Positions 48,870-58,403 of a stretch of 64,000 nt of DNA are shown here, one piece after another. The stretch covers positions 11,724-75,723 of the forward strand of contig JABMNN010000046.1 of NCBI GenBank assembly GCA_013204545.1. The letters run 5' to 3'. The DNA comes from Chloroflexota bacterium (lineage in GTDB: Bacteria; Chloroflexota; Dehalococcoidia; Lucifugimonadales; Lucifugimonadaceae). The notes below the pieces were generated by a model. It did no database searches. It worked only from the letters and a program-made list of their open reading frames with translations, and was not told the DNA's origin. Both the position numbers and the translations under genes were made by a program. Every line of letters starts with the position of its first letter. Within the stretch, counting starts at the first letter, position 1.

Positions 48870-49688
48870 CTAGTTTGCCACGACTTTTCGAGGCGTGCCG
48901 AGTGTAAGAGACTTTATATACGTTCCTGCACGTTTCGCTGCACCGGATGCTTCACCATCGGTAAGTGTGTTGATGAGGGCACTTCCAACAATTGCTCCGT
49001 CGGCAAATTTAGCAACCTCGGCCACGTGGGCAGCGGTCGAAATCCCGAATCCGATAGCAACAGGAATGTCGGTGAATCCGCGAATCTTGTTGGCGAGGCC
49101 TTCAACTCGCGATGATACAGTTGCTCTTGCGCCGGTTACACCCAGAACCGAAACGCAGTAAATGAAACCGCCAGCGCGCGTGCACGCGTGCTCGATTGAA
49201 TGATCGGTTGATGTGAGCGCTACCAGTGGGATTAGGGACAATCCAAACCTGTCACAAGCATCATGAAGCGGCCCCGCCTCAGCGGAAGGAAGATCAGGGA
49301 CAATCAGACCATCAACGCCTACGCTCGCAACTGACTTGCAGTACTTGTCGAGCCCCATGCTAAATATGGTGTTGTAGTAGCCCATGAAAATGATCGGGAC
49401 TTTAATACCCGCGGCTCGGATCTCTTTCACTGCTTCGATGCACGTTATCGGGGTCACACCGTTTTCGAGTGCCCTGTGACCTGAAGCCTGAACAGTGGGG
49501 CCATCTCCGAGCGGATCGCTGAAAGGAACGCCCAGTTCAATAATATCGGCTCCCGCTTCAACCACTGATCGAACGATATCGGTTGTGAACGCCAGCTCTG
49601 GAAACCCGACCGTGATATATGGTATAAGAGCGATTCGGCCTTCTGCTTTTGCCTTTTCGAACGCTTCTTTAATTCTGTCAGTTGCCAT
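48870..49688 (-). CDS. trpA: Tryptophan synthase alpha chain
   Basis: 272-aa ORF with IPYITVGFP, ELGVPFSDPLGDGP, and GFGIS near the C-terminus. Confidence 0.95.
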   Translation of the reverse strand: MATDRIKEAFEKAKAEGRIALIPYITVGFPELAFTTDIVRSVVEAGADIIELGVPFSDPLGDGPTVQASGHRALENGVTPITCIEAVKEIRAAGIKVPIIFMGYYNTIFSMGLDKYCKSVASVGVDGLIVPDLPSAEAGPLHDACDRFGLSLIPLVALTSTDHSIEHACTRAGGFIYCVSVLGVTGARATVSSRVEGLANKIRGFTDIPVAIGFGISTAAHVAEVAKFADGAIVGSALINTLTDGEASGAAKRAGTYIKSLTLGTPRKVVAN

Positions 49689-49761
49689 CTAGCTGGTTTG
49701 CGCCTTATTAGTTTGTGGGATGTAATTTGGTTGCCACAAAACGGTGGAAGTGTCAGTGCGA

Positions 49762-50703
49762 TCAGTTGAACGTGACGTACTTTGCAATGAGGACGGCAAC
49801 CGTATTGTGCAGCCCATGAGCGAATATTGCTGGCCAAATCGAACCGGTTTTAAGGTACACCCAGCCGAGGCCTAATCCCAATGCAAAAGTTGGAATTATG
49901 GCACCCGGATCGATATGAAACAGTCCAAAAATAAATGATGAAATCAAAAAAGATCGCCCGATACCGAACCGCTTGACCAGACCCGGAAGCACGAAACCTC
50001 GGAAGAAAATCTCTTCGGCGATAGGGCCGAGAATACCCACGAGAACAATTGTGGCGACGATGCTCCCACCGGCTTCATCGAGGGCTTTCTTCGCTGTGTC
50101 TGGCGGCACAAGTGAGTCAACACCGAGCCACACCAGAGCCTGAACCCAGAACATCAACACACTGAGTCCGATGATCCACATCGCTACGGCGAGTAAATAT
50201 GGCTTGATGCCGATAGTTTTAACGAATCCGAGCGAGGAAAGAGGTTCGCGATAACGAACCATTGCGAAAGCGAACCCGGTTGCAGCGAAAACACCTGACA
50301 TAGCGGTGGCTGCAATGATGCCGACCGGGACACCTAAAAACTCTGCGGTCCCATCGCCAGAATCGTTACCGAATTGGTAGCTGGCTACCGTTATGCCAAT
50401 CCCTGTTGAAAGAGCGAGGGCCATCGGCCAGATGGGCGACCGAAATAGCCGTAGCAGCACAAGAGTTAGCCCGGCTGAGAGAAGGCCGACATAGTATCCG
50501 AGAGGGGACGTCACAGTGGTGTCGTAACCTGCATTCGTACCGAACGCGCCCCCAACGCTCAAAATGGCAATCACTACGAGCATCGTCACCATTGCAGCGA
50601 CAATTACATCCCACACGCCCCATTTCACATCATTTACGGTGACGACATTCCATGGCGTATTTGTCGGAGGTTGTGGAGGGTTCAAATGATTAGTGGCTCG
50701 CAA
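49762..50703 (-). CDS. CPBP-family intramembrane glutamic endopeptidase (CAAX protease-like)
   Basis: 313-aa polytopic ORF with EEIFFRG, FGLFH and HGLHN. Confidence 0.85.
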   Translation of the reverse strand: MRATNHLNPPQPPTNTPWNVVTVNDVKWGVWDVIVAAMVTMLVVIAILSVGGAFGTNAGYDTTVTSPLGYYVGLLSAGLTLVLLRLFRSPIWPMALALSTGIGITVASYQFGNDSGDGTAEFLGVPVGIIAATAMSGVFAATGFAFAMVRYREPLSSLGFVKTIGIKPYLLAVAMWIIGLSVLMFWVQALVWLGVDSLVPPDTAKKALDEAGGSIVATIVLVGILGPIAEEIFFRGFVLPGLVKRFGIGRSFLISSFIFGLFHIDPGAIIPTFALGLGLGWVYLKTGSIWPAIFAHGLHNTVAVLIAKYVTFN

Positions 50704-50724
50704 TTTTCATTTGAGAGGCAATTT

Positions 50725-51393
50725 CTACGCCCACGTTACGTCGCCAGATAAAGTTGGATCAAGTGGCCTAGAGGTGAACGCAGCATACTCACGATTAGAT
50801 TTAGCGATTGTCGTGAATTCCCCGTGTCCAGGGAGTACAACAGTCGATTCTGGCAGTGTGAATATGTGCGTTTCGAGCGATTCAAAAATCTTCTTCAAAG
50901 CTTTGTGGGATGACGATTTGCCTGGTCCACCCGGAAACAGTGTGTCGCCAGTGAAAACGTGCGAGGGCTCGCCAGCCGCTATCGATTCCGTGGATTCGAG
51001 AATGTAGCAGGTCGAACCGGGTGTGTGCCCCGGTGTCGCCATCGCTCTAATTGAAATATCGCCAATATTCAGATTCTGGTTCGTTGAAACATCAATTCCA
51101 AAAGTATTTGGAATTGGGAGGGAAGGTCTATCGTCTTGCCCAATTCCAACTAGTGAATCTGAATCACCGTTGACATCATTTAAACCTTCGATGTGATCTT
51201 GGTGCCCATGGGTAATCAAGATGAACGTTGGATTGGTTTTCTTTCGGGCTTGGATTAGTTCAATCGGATTTGCTGGTGTGTCGACGACGACTGAGTTGTT
51301 CGTTCTAGCACAAGTGATCAGGAACGCGTTATTTGAGTATCCAGACACGAATCTTTGAATTGACCAGAATTTGCCTGTGAAGACGATGCTCAT
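50725..51393 (-). CDS. MBL-fold metallo-hydrolase (glyoxalase II-like)
   Basis: 222-aa ORF with THGHQDHIEG (HxHxDH), TPGHTPGS and a distal PGHG. Confidence 0.85.
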   Translation of the reverse strand: MSIVFTGKFWSIQRFVSGYSNNAFLITCARTNNSVVVDTPANPIELIQARKKTNPTFILITHGHQDHIEGLNDVNGDSDSLVGIGQDDRPSLPIPNTFGIDVSTNQNLNIGDISIRAMATPGHTPGSTCYILESTESIAAGEPSHVFTGDTLFPGGPGKSSSHKALKKIFESLETHIFTLPESTVVLPGHGEFTTIAKSNREYAAFTSRPLDPTLSGDVTWA

Positions 51394-51438
51394 TTTATTT
51401 TTCGCCGTTTCAATTCGTAATCGATGATTTACTAAGCA

Positions 51439-51463
51439 GAAACGGCGCTAAAAGCGCCGTTTC
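51439..51463 (-). terminator. 10-bp hairpin downstream of ftsH (no clear U-tract)
   Basis: GAAACGGCGC (51439..51448), TAAAA loop, GCGCCGTTTC (51454..51463). Confidence 0.35.
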
Positions 51464-51513
51464 AATAGTCCTATTTTGTTGATGTTCGAAAGCTGTTAAG
51501 TGTCAAACCTGAG

Positions 51514-53451
51514 CTATGTCGACTGTAGTTCAGGATCGGCACCATCGCCAACTTCTTGGTCAATTTCACCAATCGGTTCTTGAGGTTCGGTCGGAACTAC
51601 CGGTACGTCGGTCGCCAACGGGCTAGCGAGCAGAGGGTCCTTTCCTTCGATGATTGCAATGAATTGTTCGGAGTCGATCGTCTCGTGCTCCAACAGGAAC
51701 TCAGCAATGCCTTCAAGTTCTTTATTATGCTCAGTAAGGAGTTGAATAGCTCGATCTTCACCCTCACGCAGCAGTCTATTGATTTCGTCGTCGATGATGC
51801 TTTCGGTCTTGAGCGAGTAGTCACGCTCCTCCGACATCTCTCGACCCAAGAACACAGCGCCACCCTGTCTCTTGCCGAAGGATCTCTTCGATAGTTTGTC
51901 GCTCATCCCAAGGCGCATAACCATTTCACGTGCGATTGCGGTTGCCTGCTCAAAGTCATTCGAAGCACCAGTTGTGACATCGCCGACTTTCAACACTTCA
52001 GCGGCTCGTCCACCCATCGCAGCTGCGATCTGGGCTTCTAGTTGCTCCTTCGAAGCGTAAGACTTGTCTTCCTGTTGCCATCGAGTGAATCCACCGGCCT
52101 GACCACGAGCAATGATCGATATCTTGCCGATTGGTGATCCTCCTGGCATCAAATGGGCGACCAGGGCGTGACCAGCCTCGTGATAAGCAGTGATCTTGCG
52201 ATCCTTCGGGCTAATCACTTTGCTCTTGCGTGCCGGTCCCATCGAAACCCGGTCGATAGCCTCTGTAAGGTTGTCGTAGTTGATAAGTTTCTGATTATTT
52301 CTTGCAGCGAGCAGCGCAGCTTCATTGATCAGGTTCGCAAGATCAGCACCAGAGAAGCCAGGTGTCTGCTTTGCGATGTTCGCTAGATCAACACCTTTTT
52401 CGATAGGCTTTCCTTTTATGTGCACGTCGAGAATCGCAGTGCGACCACGAATGTCAGGGTTGTCTAGGATTACCCGCCGGTCGAAACGACCAGGTCGTAG
52501 CAATGCAGGGTCGAGAATGTCAGGGCGGTTTGTTGCTGCTATGACAATAACGTTCGTTGTTGAGTCGAAACCGTCCATCTCAACTAGCATCTGGTTCAGC
52601 GTCTGCTCACGTTCATCGTGACCACCACCTAGACCAGCACCGCGGTGTCGACCAACAGCGTCGATTTCGTCGACGAAGATGATGCATGGTGCGTGACGCC
52701 GAGCCTGTGCAAATAGATCTCGCACGCGAGATGCACCCACACCAACAAACATTTCTACGAATTCAGAACCTGAAATAGAGAAAAACGGCACACTGGCTTC
52801 ACCGGCGACGGCTCGAGCTAGAAGCGTTTTACCTGTGCCTGGAGGGCCAACTAAGAGCACGCCCGCGGGGATTTTTGCGCCCAGAGCTTGGAATCGTTCA
52901 GGGAACTTGAGAAATTCAACAACTTCTTCGAGTTCTTCTTTGGCTTCAGGTACACCCGCCACATCGAAGAATGTGACTGTCGCCTTGGTGCCGATGAACA
53001 TTCGCGCCTTGCTCTTGCCAAAGCCCATTTGCTGATTACTGCTGCCCTGTGCTTGACGCATCATGAACAGTAGGAGTCCTCCAAACAAGATGAGAGGCAG
53101 GAAGCCGAGTAGGATTCCGAATATGCTTCCGAACCCGCCGCCCTGATCGACTTTAAGCGAGTAGTTCGAGATTGGGACTTCGGCATTGCTGAGGAGTTCG
53201 GCGACACTGGAACCTTCTTCTTTTACAGACGTGAAGGTAGTCAATCCATCTGTGATAGTTAGCGAATCGCCTTTGACTACTATCTCAAGCCTGGAAGATC
53301 CAGTACTGTTTTTCGCCAACTCAACAACTTCGTTAATGCCGATTTCGTGTGAGCCGCTCAGCGGCTGATCGACAAACATGAAGAAAACGGTGATCACTGC
53401 GACGATGATCACGAGATAGACGAGGCTATTCCGCATCCAGCGGTTACTCAT
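51514..53451 (-). CDS. ftsH: ATP-dependent zinc metalloprotease FtsH
   Basis: 645-aa ORF with an N-terminal TM pair, Walker A GPPGTGKT, the second region of homology (SRH) of AAA proteins, and the zinc site HEAGHA. Confidence 0.95.
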   Translation of the reverse strand: MSNRWMRNSLVYLVIIVAVITVFFMFVDQPLSGSHEIGINEVVELAKNSTGSSRLEIVVKGDSLTITDGLTTFTSVKEEGSSVAELLSNAEVPISNYSLKVDQGGGFGSIFGILLGFLPLILFGGLLLFMMRQAQGSSNQQMGFGKSKARMFIGTKATVTFFDVAGVPEAKEELEEVVEFLKFPERFQALGAKIPAGVLLVGPPGTGKTLLARAVAGEASVPFFSISGSEFVEMFVGVGASRVRDLFAQARRHAPCIIFVDEIDAVGRHRGAGLGGGHDEREQTLNQMLVEMDGFDSTTNVIVIAATNRPDILDPALLRPGRFDRRVILDNPDIRGRTAILDVHIKGKPIEKGVDLANIAKQTPGFSGADLANLINEAALLAARNNQKLINYDNLTEAIDRVSMGPARKSKVISPKDRKITAYHEAGHALVAHLMPGGSPIGKISIIARGQAGGFTRWQQEDKSYASKEQLEAQIAAAMGGRAAEVLKVGDVTTGASNDFEQATAIAREMVMRLGMSDKLSKRSFGKRQGGAVFLGREMSEERDYSLKTESIIDDEINRLLREGEDRAIQLLTEHNKELEGIAEFLLEHETIDSEQFIAIIEGKDPLLASPLATDVPVVPTEPQEPIGEIDQEVGDGADPELQST

Positions 53452-53679
53452 TTGTCTTGGCCGTCCTATCGCTACTACTAAATCTGTTCAATCGGAATTC
53501 ATCTGTCTAATACGATGAAAACCTAGTTACTACGATGCAACCGATGTTCTAGAGCCAATATTGGAGAACGTTTTGCTTTACCAAAGTGTTGTAATCGTAA
53601 CATAGCGGCCCACTCGCGCCGCGCCAGAGTGGACAGTGTTACGTATAAGAAGTGTGTAAAGATTCGTACGGGTATTCAA

Positions 53680-53708
53680 TTGAGAATCGGCTGTATGATT
53701 GGTATATT
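53680..53708 (+). promoter_or_regulatory. Candidate sigma70-type promoter for infC-rpmI-rplT
   Basis: TTGAGA (53680..53685), a 17-nt spacer, then TATATT (53703..53708). It lies about 105 nt upstream of the proposed infC start. Confidence 0.35.
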
Positions 53709-53815
53709 GAAAGTCTGACCAATTCGACATTGGCAAGAAGTGCGCGCCAGCGATCTAGTTTTTAGACGTGCATTTCGGTGGGAATCACCCATTCGATGTC
53801 ACTAGGAGTGCGAAC

Positions 53816-54433
53816 ATAGCAAAAGAATTTAGGGTGAATCGCCGAATTCGAGCTGAAGAAGTTCGGGTGATTCGTGGCGAGGATGCTTCTGTCTCGACAG
53901 TGATGAATATTCGTGATGCACTGGAGATGGCTGAGGAAGAAGGCCTCGATCTTGTTGAGGTTGGCCCTAACCAAACTCCACCTGTGTGTCGCCTGCTTGA
54001 TTATGGTCGTTTCAAATTTATTCAAGGGAAGAAACAAAGAGAAGCTAGAAAAGTCTCTCGTAGTGCGAGCAAGCAAAAAGAAGTAAGGCTCAGCCCTGTG
54101 ATGTCGGACAACGACATCGAAACGAAAATTAAAATGACTAAACACCTTCTTGAAGAAGGTGCGAAAGTCAGAGTGTTTGTGCGGTTTCGTGGACGACAGT
54201 TTGCCCACCCCGAAATCGCAATGAAAGTATTGAGAAAAGTCGCGGAAGGTGTCGCTACCGTCGCGAAGTTGGAGAAACCGCCAGGAATGGAAGGTCGAGT
54301 GTTGAGCATCTTGCTTGCGCCATCGCCTATAGCCAAAGAGCGGATTCGACAGGAAAAGGCGACCTTGGTTGCTGTTACTGCCCCGGCAGTAAGAAGTGCC
54401 CCCGCTGATGTGGGCATTGCAGAAGAAGAATAG
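53816..54433 (+). CDS. infC: Translation initiation factor IF-3, probable ATA start
   Basis: (I)AKEFRVNRRIRAEEVRVI is the canonical IF-3 N-terminus. AGGAG at 53804..53808 lies 7 nt before ATA 53816..53818. The upstream in-frame GTG at 53768 has no SD. Confidence 0.9.
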   Translation: MAKEFRVNRRIRAEEVRVIRGEDASVSTVMNIRDALEMAEEEGLDLVEVGPNQTPPVCRLLDYGRFKFIQGKKQREARKVSRSASKQKEVRLSPVMSDNDIETKIKMTKHLLEEGAKVRVFVRFRGRQFAHPEIAMKVLRKVAEGVATVAKLEKPPGMEGRVLSILLAPSPIAKERIRQEKATLVAVTAPAVRSAPADVGIAEEE

Positions 54434-54497
54434 ATTCAGGTCACGATTGCCTGAACAACGGATCTGAAAAAAGAACTGAGAACGGAAACTACCTGAT

Positions 54498-54701
54498 ATG
54501 CCGAAGATGAAGACCCATAAGGGCGCCAAACACCGGTTCCACATTAGTGGTACTGGGAAGTTGCTGCGATCAAAGGGTCCGAAGAGTCACTTCCGCCGAC
54601 GTAAATCTGCGCGCATGAAGCGTTTGCTTGGCGGTAAAGTTGCCCTTGACTCAACCACGTTCTCAAGAACCATCAAACAGGCTCTTAGCGCACTTCGCTA
54701 G
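54498..54701 (+). CDS. rpmI: 50S ribosomal protein L35
   Basis: MPKMKTHKGAKHRF..., 67 aa and highly basic. Confidence 0.95.
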   Translation: MPKMKTHKGAKHRFHISGTGKLLRSKGPKSHFRRRKSARMKRLLGGKVALDSTTFSRTIKQALSALR

Positions 54702-54779
54702 AAATTTCTACGTAATTATTTGCATGCATTGCTGAGCCCAATTGCTGGTTCAGTAATTGTCTGATCGAGGAGAAGTAAG

Positions 54780-55139
54780 TTGGCTAGGATCAAAGCCGGA
54801 AAAACGACGAGAAGGCGGCATAAGGCCGTTCTAAAGGCAACAAGCGGGCATAGGGCATCGCGTAGCCGACGATACCGTGTCGCTCGTGAGTCTCTAACTC
54901 ACGCCCTAGCATATTCAACGGCTCATCGCCGTCTGAAGAAGCGTACGAACCGATCACTCCAGATCGTACGAATCAACGCCGCAGCTCGTGCGCTTGGGAT
55001 CAATTATGGAAGCCTGATTCATGGGCTGATATTGGCCGGCATCGAGCTCGACCGTAAGTCACTCGCTGAATTGGCAATCCGTGAGCCGGATGGATTCACC
55101 GAAGTTGTAAAGACAGCACGGGCAGCACTGCCTGTTTAG
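54780..55139 (+). CDS. rplT: 50S ribosomal protein L20
   Basis: TTG start after GGAGA. MARIKAGKTTRRRHKAVLK..., 119 aa. Confidence 0.95.
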   Translation: MARIKAGKTTRRRHKAVLKATSGHRASRSRRYRVARESLTHALAYSTAHRRLKKRTNRSLQIVRINAAARALGINYGSLIHGLILAGIELDRKSLAELAIREPDGFTEVVKTARAALPV

Positions 55140-55144
55140 TCCGG

Positions 55145-56152
55145 CTAGTCGGTAGAGACTTCTGGTTCGCCAGATGTCTTGGCTGCAGGATTTATGGACA
55201 AATGTGAAATACGAGGCGCACCAAGGTGCGCCTCGTAGAATTTAACCAACTTTTCAACGTAGGCCTTCGGTTGAGTTCGAAACGAACCAGTATGACCTGC
55301 ACCCGGTACGATCCAAACTGTTTCAGCGTTATCTTCGATTTCGTCGAAGCTGGCACCTATTGCCCGACCGAGAAGGCGCGCATGTTCTACTGGGATTACT
55401 TGGTCGTCTTCACCGTGTATTACTAGAACCGGTGTATCGGAGCGTGCTACCGAACGTGCCGGAAATATGTCCTTGATATCTATCCCGTAGATCGATCTTG
55501 CCATAAATTCCATTCCGGTGAGTATGAGTCTCAACGGTCGTTTGATTCCAGTCATAGAGCTCTTTACCACAAGAGTGAAATCGGCGAATGAGCTATCGGA
55601 AACGACAGCTCCGAAATTATTTGGGTTCGATCCTGCAATAAGTGCAACAGCACCACCGAGCGAGAATCCCAGTACGCCGATTCTGCTTCTATTCGCACCT
55701 TTGCTAACAAGATAGTCGGACGCTCCTTGCAGATCGAGTCGCTCAAAATAGCCTGCCGACGACAATGCTGCCGGTGAATCTCCCCGACCGCGCAGGTCGA
55801 ACATGAAGACACCGAACCCATGCCTGACCAGTTCACGGGCAATACCTAGGGTGCCTGTCTTGGGGTCGCTCCTGTTGGCGTTATCACCATTAACCATGAC
55901 AACCCACGATGTCTCTCGAACAGTTGCGTGAGGCGAATCGGATTCTGGGGTGATTATCCATCTGGACAGTTTTGTGTCACCCCCGCGGCTGGTGAACCTG
56001 ACATCGCTGTACTCAACACTTACTGATTTGGGAGTTTGCTCTGATCGAATTCGCGCAGTTCTTGTAAGGCTTGCCGCCATCGCTGATGACACACCAACGT
56101 AGCTGCCCCCAGCAAGGCCAATCAATGTGAATGTAGTTTTAAGGAATCCCAC
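55145..56152 (-). CDS. Membrane-anchored alpha/beta hydrolase
   Basis: 335-aa ORF with an N-terminal TM helix, the nucleophile elbow GFSLGG, and a distal GAGH. Confidence 0.75.
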   Translation of the reverse strand: MGFLKTTFTLIGLAGGSYVGVSSAMAASLTRTARIRSEQTPKSVSVEYSDVRFTSRGGDTKLSRWIITPESDSPHATVRETSWVVMVNGDNANRSDPKTGTLGIARELVRHGFGVFMFDLRGRGDSPAALSSAGYFERLDLQGASDYLVSKGANRSRIGVLGFSLGGAVALIAGSNPNNFGAVVSDSSFADFTLVVKSSMTGIKRPLRLILTGMEFMARSIYGIDIKDIFPARSVARSDTPVLVIHGEDDQVIPVEHARLLGRAIGASFDEIEDNAETVWIVPGAGHTGSFRTQPKAYVEKLVKFYEAHLGAPRISHLSINPAAKTSGEPEVSTD

Positions 56153-56249
56153 ATCAACATCTTAACGTCTAACAGGTATGTTGTTTAGCGTCATGAACCC
56201 GATCGAAATCGAAATCTGGCCCCGGTTAGCGGTTCTGATGACAGCGGAG

Positions 56250-57149
56250 CTAAGCCACCACAGAATCGACCATTACAAGGACGAAGAATAGTGCGAGAAA
56301 CAGCAGCGAATATTTGTATAGCCTACTCGCTGCTGGGCGGTCAGGATATTTAGTCAGTTTGTACGCGTACCAGAAAAACGCGAGACAAAGGGCTAAGGCA
56401 CCAACCATGTATATCAAACCGAGTGACTCGGAAACCACGCCAAAAATTATAGTCAGAACGGAGAGAATCACGGTGTAAAGCATGATCTGAATAGTCGTGT
56501 GCTCTACACCACGTACTACCGGCAACATAGGGATGTTGGCCCTAGCGTAGTCGTCTTTGATCATGATCGCGAGCGCCCAGAAGTGAGGCGGGGTCCAAAA
56601 GAAAACGATGATGAATAAATACCAAGCTGCAAGATCAATCGTGCCCGTGGCAGCAGCGTAGCCTACGAGAGGTGGCACTGCACCGGCCGCTCCACCTAGA
56701 ACAATGTTCTGAGTAGTTGTCCGCTTTAAAAGCACGGTATACAGTCCGAAATAGAGAATTGTTCCGGCAATAGCGAGTGATGCGGCAAGAACGTTGGTCA
56801 TAAGCGCGAGAATGACGAACGAAACGACGTTCAGGCTGACACCGAAAACAATCGCAGCGAATGCCGAAATTCGACCCTCTGCTACAGGTCTATTCTTGGT
56901 TCGACCCATGCGTCGGTCGAGATCTTTCTCGTACGCCATGTTGAGGGATGCCGCTCCACCGGAGGCGAGAGCCCCGCCAATCAGTACAGCGATGACAACT
57001 TCGAGAGTAGGTGTTGATCCAGTACCTAAAAATGCACCAGCGATGGCGGACACAAGTAACAGCGACATGACACGCGGCTTCGTTAAGGCGATGAAATCGC
57101 CCATCAAAGTCATCGCCGAACCACGCTCGACCGTTTCATTGGTAGTCAT
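56250..57149 (-). CDS. ctaB: Protoheme IX farnesyltransferase (heme O synthase)
   Basis: 299-aa polytopic UbiA-family ORF with YEKDLDRRMGRTKNRP and PPHFWAL. Confidence 0.9.
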   Translation of the reverse strand: MTTNETVERGSAMTLMGDFIALTKPRVMSLLLVSAIAGAFLGTGSTPTLEVVIAVLIGGALASGGAASLNMAYEKDLDRRMGRTKNRPVAEGRISAFAAIVFGVSLNVVSFVILALMTNVLAASLAIAGTILYFGLYTVLLKRTTTQNIVLGGAAGAVPPLVGYAAATGTIDLAAWYLFIIVFFWTPPHFWALAIMIKDDYARANIPMLPVVRGVEHTTIQIMLYTVILSVLTIIFGVVSESLGLIYMVGALALCLAFFWYAYKLTKYPDRPAASRLYKYSLLFLALFFVLVMVDSVVA

Positions 57150-57173
57150 AAGTGAATGTTAGCCGGTCTGAAT

Positions 57174-58238
57174 TTAGTTCGCTTCTTCGCCATCTGATTC
57201 TGAAAGTTCTCGACCAGGGATTGGTCTAAGAATGAGCGCCACTATTAGCACCATGTTGCCCCAAACGAGGGTAGCCAGAGTGAGATGCCCTGCCTGGGCC
57301 CACTCAGCGAAAGTTGTCCATGGGTTAGCTGCTCCCATGAGCATCTGCGCAAAAATGATTATTGCCGACCCGAGAGCGGCGAATCGCAGTGCTCCTGAAA
57401 TATTCGGCAGTCGCCACACTCTATGGCCAGCGAGAAGTACCATCACGATCGACACGAACGAGAGCACTCGGTGGGCCATGTGTATCCACGCGAAAGTTGA
57501 TTCGGGGATAAAATCGCCGCCACACAATGGCCATGATGCACAAACTGCGCCGGCTTCTTTCCAAACTGCGTAAGAACCAGATAACAGAGCAACCAGCACA
57601 AATACTCCCGCAGCCGCTGCCAAATTGATGGCAGTTCGATGCTCATCGCTCACTCTGCCCCACAACCAGGGCGAGCTTCCTGAGATTGAACTTGATCTTC
57701 CGTATGAAGCTGCAACGAGAGCCATGACTGCCAATAAAGCCACGATCTCGGCTAGGAACAGGTGGACGGTTCGAATCGCCGGATCGAGGTCGTTTAGAAC
57801 CACAGCTCCACCAAGCATTCCGACTATGAAAATCATGCCTAATTCGGCCGTTGCAAGCCACGCAACAACTTTGTTCGCTCGATGGCGCACCCACACACGA
57901 ATAACTGCAGCAATGATCACCAATCCGAGCAATGATCCGACTGAACGGTGGCTGTATTCGAGAAGCACATTGTGCGGCCGCGGGGTCGTCAGTTTAGGAC
58001 CGTCATACAGTTGGTCAATGGTTGCCTGATCGAGCGGAGGGAATGCCCGTCCGAAACAGGTAGGCCAATCAGGGCATCCATCGCCTGATCCAGTGACTCT
58101 CACGACGCCGCCGAGCGTAATCTGCAGAATTACACCGATGATCGAGATCGAGAGCAAGATGAGTAGCAACTTGTCTTTCCATATTGCAGCTTGTTTTACG
58201 TTCTCGTGAGGCGGGCGGTCAGACGATTCCATTGTCAT
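57174..58238 (-). CDS. ctaA: Heme A synthase (COX15/CtaA family)
   Basis: 354-aa polytopic ORF with Cys pairs in extracytoplasmic loops (GDGCPDWPTC, CASWPLC) and conserved His in TM helices. Adjacent to ctaB. Confidence 0.85.
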   Translation of the reverse strand: MTMESSDRPPHENVKQAAIWKDKLLLILLSISIIGVILQITLGGVVRVTGSGDGCPDWPTCFGRAFPPLDQATIDQLYDGPKLTTPRPHNVLLEYSHRSVGSLLGLVIIAAVIRVWVRHRANKVVAWLATAELGMIFIVGMLGGAVVLNDLDPAIRTVHLFLAEIVALLAVMALVAASYGRSSSISGSSPWLWGRVSDEHRTAINLAAAAGVFVLVALLSGSYAVWKEAGAVCASWPLCGGDFIPESTFAWIHMAHRVLSFVSIVMVLLAGHRVWRLPNISGALRFAALGSAIIIFAQMLMGAANPWTTFAEWAQAGHLTLATLVWGNMVLIVALILRPIPGRELSESDGEEAN

Positions 58239-58403
58239 CCAGTTTCAATTTTCGGGAATGGCGGGCCGTTTTTAGGCCGACAATCGGCAGTCGGAACAGG
58301 CTCTGTGATCAGCCACAAATAATGATCGCGCAAAAAATGGCAGTTCGCGGGTGGAGTCTGGCTCGTGATTCCATGTTTTGTCACTGAGAAATGTTGACGA
58401 CTG

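Noticed and set aside
53762-54544. 260-aa minus-strand ORF.
   Set aside because: It is antisense to the clearly recognisable infC and the start of rpmI. Its sequence is low-complexity (Phe/Arg/Ser-rich) with no motif.
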